Shown here: positions 54,304-64,000 of the stretch, piece by piece | How positions within the stretch are numbered: the first letter of the stretch is position 1 | How the letters are laid out: every line of letters starts with the position of its first letter | Assembly (NCBI GenBank): GCA_051313645.2 | Contig: JBNRSN020000180.1 | Span: 1,302,001 to 1,366,000 of the forward strand | Source of the DNA: Centroscyllium fabricii | Lineage: Eukaryota | Reading direction: 5' to 3' | Length of the DNA stretch: 64,000 nt | Program-made: the position numbers and the translations under genes | Notes under the pieces: model-generated | The model's database searches: none | What the model saw: only the letters and a program-made list of their open reading frames with translations | What the model was told of the DNA's origin: nothing

Positions 54304-54323
54304 GGAAATTTTCGAATGCTTCA
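54304..54323 (-). mobile_element. Remnant of the outer end of the 5' LTR
   Basis: GAAA-TTTTCGAATGCTTCA aligns with the 3' LTR start GAAACTTTTCGAATCTTTCA (51180-51199) at 17/20 positions, and sits exactly at the satellite junction. Confidence 0.6.
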
Positions 54324-54720
54324 CATAATATAGCGGATGGTCAGTGATATGAACCCCAGGGAATGGACTGAACCGGGTCATAATACAGGAGATGGTCAGT
54401 GATATAAACCCAGGGAATGGACTGAACCGGGTCATAATACAGGAGATGGTCAGTGATATAAACCCAGGGTATGGGCTGAACTGGGTCATAATACAGGAGA
54501 TGGTCAGTGATATAACCCCCAGGGAATGGGCTGAACCGGGTCATAATACAGGAGATGGTCAGTGATATTAACCCCAGGGAATGGGCTGAACCGGGTCATA
54601 ATACAGGAGATGGTCAGTGATATAACCCCCAGGGAATGGACTGAACTGGGTCATAATACAGGAGATGGTCAGTGATATAAACCCAGGGAATGGACTGAAC
54701 CGGGTCATAATACAGGGGAT
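54324..54720. repeat. Satellite A terminal island (~7 monomers), decaying to ~54773
   Basis: Same monomer, followed by a degenerate copy (GAACCAGTAATGACACAGGGATGGTC...GAGAATGGGCTGA). Confidence 0.96.
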
Positions 54721-54926
54721 GCTCTGGAACCAGTAATGACACAGGGATGGTCTGGGGATGGAGAATGGGCTGATTGTGATCATCCAATGTCAGCAGTGTG
54801 GAGACAAAAGTGCATTTCCGTCTGGCTGAGGGAAAATGCGGAACTCCAAGGTTGCCAAACTTTCACTATGAACTGACGGTTTGGAGCGTTGTGCAAGATA
54901 GAATGCAACTGCCAGTGATGTCAGAC

Positions 54927-57900
54927 ATGGAGAATGGGCCCAGTGAGATCAGACAGTGTAACCCGGGGAGGATGGGCCCAGTGAGATCAGACACTGTAAC
55001 CCGGGGAGGATGGTCCCAGTGAGATCAGACAGTGTAACCCGGGGAGTATGGGCCCAGTGAGATCAGACAGTGTGTAACCCGGGGAGGATGGGCCCAGTGT
55101 GATCAGACAGTGTGTAACCCGGGGAGGATGGGCCCAGTGAGATCAGACACTGTAACCCGGGGAGGAAGTGCCCAGTGTGATCAGACAGTGTGTAACCCGG
55201 GGAGTATGGGACCAGTGAGATCAGACAGTGTAACCCGGGGAGGATGGTCCCAGTGAGATCAGACAGTGTGTAACCCGGGGAGTATGGGACCAGTGAGATC
55301 AGACAGTGTAACCCGGGGAGGATGGGCCCAGTGTGATCAGACTGTGTGTAACGCGGGGAGGATGGGCCCAGTGTGATCAGACAGTGGGTAACCCGGGGAG
55401 GATGGGCCCAGTGAGATCAGACACTGTAACCCGGGGAGGATGGGCCCAGTGAGATCAGACACTGTAACCCGGGGAGGATGGGCCCAGTGAGATCAGACAC
55501 TGTAACCCGGGGAGGATGGGCCCAGTGTGATCAGACAGTGTGTAACACGGGGAGGATGGGCCCAGTGAGATCAGACAGTGTGTAACCCGGGGAGGATGGG
55601 CCCAGTGAGATCAGACAGTGTGTAACCCGGGGAGGCTGGGCCCAGTGTGATCAGACAGTGTGTAACCTGGGGAGGATGGGCCCAGTGTGATCAGACAGTG
55701 TGTAACCCGGGGAGGATGGGCCCAGTGAGATCAGACAGTGTAACCCGGGGAGGATGGGCCCAGTGAGATCAGACACTGTGTAACCCGGGGAGGCTGGGCC
55801 CAGTGTGATCAGACAGTGTGTAACCCGGGGAGGATGGTCCCAGTGAGATCAGACAGTGTGTACCCCAGGGAGGATGGGCCCAGTGAGATCAGACACTGTA
55901 ACCCGGGGAGGATGGGCCCAGTGAGACCAGACACTGTAACCCGGGGAGGATGGGCCCAGTGAGATCAGACACTGTAACCCGGGGAGGATGGGCCCAGTGT
56001 GATCAGACACTGTAACCCGGGGAGGATGGGCCCAGTGTGATCAGACCGTGTGTAACCCGGGGAGGATGGGCCCAGTGAGATCAGACACTGTAACCCGGGG
56101 AGGATGGGTCCAGTGTGATCAGACACTAACCGGGGAGGATGGGCCCAGTGAGATCAGACAGTGTGTAACCCGGGGAGGATGGGCCCAGTGAGATCAGACA
56201 GTGTGTAACCCGGGGAGGATGGGCCCAGTGTGATCAGACACTCTAACCCGGGGATTATGGGTCCAGTGAGATCAGACACTGTAACCCGGGGAGGATGGGC
56301 CCAGTGAGATAAGACAGTGTAACCCGGTGAGGATGGGCCCAGTGAGATCAGACAGTGTGTAACCCGGGGAGGATGGGCCCACTGTGATCAGACACTGTAA
56401 CCCGGGGAGGATGGGCCCAGTGAGATCAGACAGTGTAACCCGGGGAGGATGGGCCCGGTGTGATCAGACACTGTAACCCGGGGAGGATGGGTCCAGTGAG
56501 ATCAGACACTGTAATCCTGGGAGGATGGGCCCAGTGTGATCAGACAGTGTGTAACGCGGGGAGGATGGTCCCAGTGAGATCAGGCACTGTAACCCGGGAA
56601 GGATGGGCCCTGTGTGATCAGACACTGTAACCCGGGGAGGATGGGCCCAGTGAGATCAGACAGTGTGTAACCCGGGGAGGATGGGCCCTGTGAGATCAGA
56701 CAGTGTAATCCGGTGAGGATGGGCCCAGTGAGATCAGACACTGTAACCCGGGGAGGATGGGCCCAGTGTGATCAGACACTAACCGGGGAGGATGGGCCCA
56801 GTGAGATCAGACAGTGTGTAACCCGGGGAGGATGGGCCCAGTGAGATCAGACAGTGTGTAACCCGGGGAGGCTGGGCCCAGTGAGATCAGACAGTGTAAC
56901 CCGGGGAGGATGGGCCCAGTGAGATCAGACACTGTGTAACCCGGGGAGGCTGGGCCCAGTGTGATCAGACAGTGTGTAACCTGGGGAGGATGGGCCCAGT
57001 GTGATCAGACAGTGTGTAACCTGGGGAGGATGGGCCCAGTGAGATCAGACAGTGTAACCCGGGGAGGATGGGCCCAGTGTGATCAGACAGTGTAACCCGG
57101 GGAGGATGGGCCCGGTGTGATCAGACACTGTAACCCGGGGAGGATGGGTCCAGTGAGATCAGACACTGTAATCCGGGGAGGATGGGCCCAGTGTGATCAG
57201 ACAGTGTGTAACGCGGGGAGGATGGTCCCAGTGAGATCAGACACTGTAACCCGGGGAGGATGGGCCCAGTGTGATCAGACACTGTAACCCGGGGAGGATG
57301 GGCCCAGTGTGATCAGACCGTGTGTAACCCGGGGAGGATGGGCCCTGTGTGATCAGACACTGTAACCCGGGGAGGATGGGCCCAGTGAGATCAGACAGTG
57401 TGTAACCCGGGGAGGATGGGCCCTGTGAGATCAGACAGTGTAATCCGGTGAGGATGGGCCCAGTGAGATCAGACACTGTAACCCGGGGAGGATGGGCCCA
57501 GTGTGATCAGACACTAACCGGGGAGGATGGGCCCAGTGAGATCAGACAGTGTGTAACCCGGGGAGGATGGGCCCAGTGAGATCAGACAGTGTGTAACCCG
57601 GGGAGGCTGGGCCCAGTGAGATCAGACAGTGTAACCCGGGGAGGATGGGCCCAGTGAGATCAGACACTGTGTAACCCGGGGAGGCTGGGCCCAGTGTGAT
57701 CAGACAGTGTGTAACCTGGGGAGGATGGGCCCAGTGTGATCAGACAGTGTGTAACCTGGGGAGGATGGGCCCAGTGAGATCAGACAGTGTAACCCGGGGA
57801 GGATGGGCCCAGTGTGATCAGACAGTGTAACCCGGGGAGGATGGGCCCGGTGTGATCAGACACTGTAACCCGGGGAGGATGGGTCCAGTGAGATCAGACA

Positions 57901-60900
57901 CTGTAATCCGGGGAGGATGGGCCCAGTGTGATCAGACAGTGTGTAACGCGGGGAGGATGGTCCCAGTGAGATCAGACACTGTAACCCGGGGAGGATGGGC
58001 CCAGTGTGATCAGACACTGTAACCCGGGGAGGATGGGCCCAGTGTGATCAGACCGTGTGTAACCCGGGGAGGATGGGCCCAGTGAGATCAGACACTGTAA
58101 CCCGGGGAGGATGGGCCCAGTGTGATCAGACACTAACCGGGGAGGATGGGCCCAGTGAGATCAGACAGTGTGTAACCCGGGGAGGATGTGCCCAGTGAGA
58201 TCAGACAGTGTGCAACCCGGGGAGGATGGGCCCAGTGTGATCAGACACTCTAACCCGGGGATTATGGGTCCAGTGAGATCAGACACTGTAACCCGGGGAG
58301 GATGGGCCCAGTGAGATCAGACAGTGTGTAACCCGGGGAGGATGGGCCCAGTGAGATCAGACAGTGTGTAACCCGGGGAGGATGGGCCCACTGTGATCAG
58401 ACACTGTAACCCGGGGAGGATGGGCCCAGTGAGATCAGACAGTGTAACCCGGGGAGGATGGGCCCGGTGTGATCAGACACTGTAACCCGGGGAGGATGGG
58501 TCCAGTGAGATCAGACACTGTAACCCGGGGAGGATGGGCCCAGTGAGATCAGACACTGTAACCCGGGGAGGATGGGTCCAGTGTGATCAGACACTAACCG
58601 GGGAGGATGGGCCCAGTGAGATCAGACAGTGTGTAACCCGGGGAGGATGGGCCCAGTGAGATCAGACAGTGTGTAACCCGGGGATTATGGGTCCAGTGAG
58701 ATCAGACACTGTAACCCGGGGAGGATGGGCCCAGTGAGATCAGACAGTGTGTAACCCGGGGAGGATGGGCCCTGTGAGATCAGACACTGTAACCCGGGGA
58801 GGATGGGCCCAGTGAGATCAGACAGTGTAACCCGGGGAGGATGGGCCCGGTGTGATCAGACACTGTAACCCGGGGAGGATGGGTCCAGTGAGATCAGACA
58901 CTGTAATCCGGGGAGGATGGGCCCAGTGTGATCAGACAGTGTGTAACCCGGGGAGGATGGGCCCTGTGAGATCAGACAGTGTAACCCGGTGAGGATGGGC
59001 CCAGTGAGATCAGACAGTGTGTAACCCGGGGAGGATGGGCCCACTGTGATCAGACACTGTAACCCGGGGAGGATGGGCCCAGTGAGATCAGACAGTGTAA
59101 CCCGGGGAGGATGGGCCCGGTGTGATCAGACACTGTAACCCGGGGAGGATGGGTCCAGTGAGATCAGACACTGTAATCCTGGGAGGATGGGCCCAGTGTG
59201 ATCAGACAGTGTGTAACGCGGGGAGGATGGTCCCAGTGAGATCAGACACTGTAACCCGGGAAGGATGGGCCCTGTGTGATCAGACACTGTAACCCGGGGA
59301 GGATGGGCCCAGTGAGATCAGACAGTGTGTAACCCGGGGAGGATGGGCCCTGTGAGATCAGACAGTGTAATCCGGTGAGGATGGGCCCAGTGAGATCAGA
59401 CACTGTAACCCGGGGAGGATGGGCCCAGTGTGATCAGACACTAACCGGGGAGGATGGGCCCAGTGAGATCAGACAGTGTGTAACCCGGGGAGGATGGGCC
59501 CAGTGAGATCAGACAGTGTGTAACCCGGGGAGGCTGGGCCCAGTGAGATCAGACAGTGTAACCCGGGGAGGATGGGCCCAGTGAGATCAGACACTGTGTA
59601 ACCCGGGGAGGCTGGGCCCAGTGTGATCAGACAGTGTGTAACCTGGGGAGGATGGGCCCAGTGTGATCAGACAGTGTGTAACCTGGGGAGGATGGGCCCA
59701 GTGAGATCAGACAGTGTAACCCGGGGAGGATGGGCCCAGTGTGATCAGACAGTGTAACCCGGGGAGGATGGGCCCGGTGTGATCAGACACTGTAACCCGG
59801 GGAGGATGGGCCCGGTGTGATCAGACACTGTAACCCGGGGAGGATGGGTCCAGTGAGATCAGACACTGTAATCCGGGGAGGATGGGCCCAGTGTGATCAG
59901 ACAGTGTGTAACGCGGGGAGGATGGTCCCAGTGAGATCAGACACTGTAACCCGGGGAGGATGGGCCCAGTGTGATCAGACACTGTAACCCGGGGAGGATG
60001 GGCCCAGTGTGATCAGACCGTGTGTAACCCGGGGAGGATGGGCCCAGTGAGATCAGACACTGTAACCCGGGGAGGATGGGCCCAGTGTGATCAGACACTA
60101 ACCGGGGAGGATGGGCCCAGTGAGATCAGACAGTGTGTAACCCGGGGAGGATGTGCCCAGTGAGATCAGACAGTGTGCAACCCGGGGAGGATGGGCCCAG
60201 TGTGATCAGACACTCTAACCTGGGGATTATGGGTCCAGTGAGATCAGACACTGTAACCCGGGGAGGATGGGCCCAGTGAGATCAGACAGTGTGTAACCCG
60301 GGGAGGATGGGCCCAGTGAGATCAGACAGTGTGTAACCCGGGGAGGATGGGCCCACTGTGATCAGACACTGTAACCCGGGGAGGATGGGCCCAGTGAGAT
60401 CAGACAGTGTAACCCGGGGAGGATGGGCCGGGTGTGATCAGACACTGTAACCCGGGGAGGATGGGTCCAGTGAGATCAGACACTGTAACCCGGGGAGGAT
60501 GGACCCAGTGAGATCAGACACTGTAACCCGGGGAGGATGGGTCCAGTGTGATCAGACACTAACCGGGGAGGATGGGCCCAGTGAGATCAGACAGTGTGTA
60601 ACCCGGGGAGGATGGGCCCAGTGAGATCAGACAGTGTGTAACCCGGGGAGGATGGGCCCAGTGTGATCAGACACTCTAACCCGGGGATTATGGGTCCAGT
60701 GAGATCAGACACTGTAACCCGGGGAGGATGGGCCCAGTGAGATCAGACAGTGTGTAACCCGGGGAGGATGGGCCCTGTGAGATCAGACAGTGTAACCCGG
60801 TGAGGATGGGCCCAGTGAGATCAGACAGTGTGTAACCCGGGGAGGATGGGCCCACTGTGATCAGACACTGTAACCCGGGGAGGATGGGCCCAGTGAGATC

Positions 60901-63900
60901 AGACAGTGTAACCCGGGGAGGATGGGCCCGGTGAGATCAGACACTGTAATCCGGGGAGGATGGGCCCAGTGTGATCAGACAGTGTGTAACGCGGGGAGGA
61001 TGGTCCCAGTGAGATCAGACACTGTAACCCGGGGAGGATGGGCCCAGTGTGATCAGACACTGTAACCCGGGGAGGTTGGGCCCAGTGTGATCAGACCGTG
61101 TGTAACCCGGGGAGGATGGGCCCAGTGAGATCAGACACTGTAACCCGGGGAGGATGGGCCCAGTGTGATCAGACACTAACCGGGGAGGATGGGCCCAGTG
61201 AGATCAGACAGTGTGTAACCCGGGGAGGATGGGCCCAGTGAGATCAGACAGTGTGTAACCCGGGGAGGATGGGCCCTGTGAGATCAGACAGTGTAATCCG
61301 GTGAGGATGGGCCCAGTGAGATCAGACACTGTAACCCGGGGAGGATGGGCCCAGTGTGATCAGACACTAACCGGGGAGGATGGGCCCAGTGAGATCAGAC
61401 AGTGTGTAACCCGGGGAGGATGGGCCCAGTGAGATCAGACAGTGTGTAACCCGGGGAGGCTGGGCCCAGTGAGATCAGACAGTGTAACCCGGGGAGGATG
61501 GGCCCAGTGAGATAAGACACTGTGTAACCCGGGGAGGCTGGGCCCAGTGTGATCAGACAGTGTGTAACCTGGGGAGGATGGGCCCAGTGTGATCAGACAG
61601 TGTGTAACCTGGGGAGGATGGGCCCAGTGAGATCAGACAGTGTAACCCGGGGAGGATGGGCCCAGTGTGATCAGACAGTGTAACCCGGGGAGGATGGGCC
61701 CGGTGTGATCAGACACTGTAACCCGGGGAGGATGGGTCCAGTGAGATCAGACACTGTAACCCGGGGAGGATGGGCCCAGTGTGATCAGACACTGTAACCC
61801 GGGGAGGATGGGCCCAGTGTGATCAGACCGTGTGTAACCCGGGGAGGATGGGCCCAGTGAGATCAGACACTGTAACCCGGGGAGGATGGGCCCAGTGTGA
61901 TCAGACACTAACCGGGGAGGATGGGCCCAGTGAGATCAGACAGTGTGTAACCCGGGGAGGATGTGCCCAGTGAGATCAGACAGTGTGCAACCCGGGGAGG
62001 ATGGGCCCAGTGTGATCAGACACTCTAACCCGGGGATTATGGGTCCAGTGAGATCAGACACTGTAACCCGGGGAGGATGGGCCCAGTGAGATCAGACAGT
62101 GTGTAACCCGGGGAGGATGGGCCCAGTGAGATCAGACAGTGTGTAACCCGGGGAGGATGGGCCCACTGTGATCAGACACTGTAACCCGGGGAGGATGGGC
62201 CCAGTGAGATCAGACAGTGTAACCCGGGGAGGATGGGCCCGGTGTGATCAGACACTGTAACCCGGGGAGGATGGGTCCAGTGAGATCAGACACTGTAACC
62301 CGGGGAGGATGGGCCCAGTGAGATCAGACACTGTAACCCGGGGAGGATGGGTCCAGTGTGATCAGACACTAACCGGGGAGGATGGGCCCAGTGAGATCAG
62401 ACAGTGTGTAACCCGGGGAGGATGGGCCCAGTGAGATCAGACAGTGTGTAACCCGGGGAGGATGGGCCCAGTGTGATCAGACACTCTAACCCGGGGATTA
62501 TGGGTCCAGTGAGATCAGACACTGTAACCCGGGGAGGATGGGCCCAGTGAGATCAGACAGTGTGTAACCCGGGGAGGATGGGCCCTGTGAGATCAGACAG
62601 TGTAACCCGGTGAGGATGGGCCCAGTGAGATCAGACAGTGTAACCCGGGGAGGATGGGCCCACTGTGATCAGACACTGTAACCCGGGGAGGATGGGCCCA
62701 GTGAGATCAGACAGTGTAACCCGGGGAGGATGGGCCCGGTGTGATCAGACACTGTAACCCGGGGAGGATGGGTCCAGTGAGATCAGACACTGTAATCCGG
62801 GGAGGATGGGCCCAGTGTGATCAGACAGTGTGTAACCCGGGGAGGATGGGCCCTGTGAGATAAGACAGTGTAACCCGGTGAGGATGGGTCCAGTGAGATC
62901 AGACACTGTAACCCGGGGAGGATGGGCCCAGTGAGATCAGACACTGTAACCCGGGGAGGATGGGTCCAGTGTGATCAGACACTAACCGGGGAGGATGGGC
63001 CCAGTGAGATCAGACAGTGTGTAACCCGGGGAGGATGGGCCCAGTGAGATCAGACAGTGTGTAACCCGGGGAGGATGGGCCCAGTGTGATCAGACACTCT
63101 AACCCGGGGATTATGGGTCCAGTGAGATCAGACACTGTAACCCGGGGAGGATGGGCCCAGTGAGATCAGACAGTGTGTAACCCGGGGAGGATGGGCCCTG
63201 TGAGATCAGACAGTGTAACCCGGTGAGGATGGGCCCAGTGAGATCAGACAGTGTGTAACCCGGGGAGGATGGGCCCACTGTGATCAGACACTGTAACCCG
63301 GGGAGGATGGGCCCAGTGAGATCAGACAGTGTAACCCGGGGAGGATGGGCCCGGTGTGATCAGACACTGTAACCCGGGGAGGATGGGTCCAGTGAGATCA
63401 GACACTGTAATCCGGGGAGGATGGGCCCAGTGTGATCAGACAGTGTGTAACCCGGGGAGGATGGGCCCTGTGAGATAAGACAGTGTAACCCGGTGAGGAT
63501 GGGCCCAGTGAGATCAGACAGTGTGTAACCCGGGGAGGATGGGCCCACTGTGATCAGACACTGTAACCCGGGGAGGATGGGCCCAGTGAGATCAGACAGT
63601 GTAACCCGGGGAGGATGGGCCCGGTGTGATCAGACACTGTAACCCGGGGAGGATGGGTCCAGTGAGATCAGACACTGTAATCCTGGGAGGATGGGCCCAG
63701 TGTGATCAGACAGTGTGTAACGCAGGGAGGATGGTCCCAGTGAGATCAGACACTGTAACTCGGGAAGGATGGGCCCTGTGTGATCAGACACTGTAACCCG
63801 GGGAGGATGGGCCCAGTGAGATCAGACAGTGTGTAACCCGGGGAGGATGGGCCCTGTGAGATCAGACAGTGTAATCCGGTGAGGATGGGCCCAGTGAGAT

Positions 63901-64000
63901 CAGACACTGTAACCCGGGGAGGATGGGCCCAGTGTGATCAGACACTAACCGGGGAGGATGGGCCCAGTGAGATCAGACAGTGTGTAACCCGGGGAGGATG
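54927..64000. repeat. Satellite/minisatellite B: 38/40-bp tandem array, consensus CAGTGWGATCAGACASTG(TG)TAACCCGGGGAGGATGGGCC, ~230 monomers, continues off the right edge
   Basis: Head-to-tail monomers are directly visible, with a TG-dinucleotide length polymorphism and a recurrent 35-bp variant (ACACTAACCGGGG). Confidence 0.99.

Larger units (their letters stand above)
50073..54323 (-). mobile_element. Decayed, internally deleted endogenous retrovirus-like LTR element inserted in satellite A
   Basis: On the minus strand the order is 5' LTR remnant, gag (CCHC), protease (LLDTGA), PPT, 3' LTR. Satellite A flanks both sides in register. Confidence 0.8.

Noticed and set aside
54798-63548. ORFs 54798..55022, 57237..57476, 58856..59044 and 63360..63548
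   Set aside because: They read into or lie within satellite B and are chance frames from mixed 38/40-bp units.
1-64000. CRISPR array
   Set aside because: Monomers are head-to-tail with no unique spacers, there are no cas genes, and the context is vertebrate retroelements.
54927-64000. V(D)J recombination signal sequences (CACAGTG-like heptamers; exact CACTGTG in some units, e.g. ~55775 and 56380)
   Set aside because: No ACAAAAACC-like nonamer at 12 or 23 bp spacing on either strand in satellite A or B, and no V/D/J coding segments.

Overview
This is eukaryotic (vertebrate) repeat DNA. The CR1 LINE sequence and 3' tails look like those of cartilaginous fish, which is my inference from recall, not a search result. 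About 90% of the window is two tandem arrays. Satellite A has a 54/55-bp monomer (~870 copies in 1-47576, plus small islands up to ~54720) with kb-scale higher-order duplications. Satellite B has a 38/40-bp monomer and runs from 54927 to the window end. The many ORFs over these arrays are artefacts of the repeat period. Satellite A is interrupted four times and resumes in monomer register each time: two short LINE 3'-tail insertions (11701, 37771), a 2.1-kb block of unique DNA plus a 5'-truncated CR1 (47577-49660), and a decayed minus-strand endogenous retrovirus-like element (50073-54323). That element has gag with a CCHC knuckle, an in-frame TGA-C junction into an aspartic protease, no RT/IN/env, a PPT and a ~1.1-kb 3' LTR. 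Its 5' part is replaced by CR1 and Rex1/Babar fragments, leaving ~20 bp of the 5' LTR. A ~220-bp spacer between the two satellites carries degenerate motifs of both. I recognised no host protein-coding gene, RNA gene or CRISPR array.
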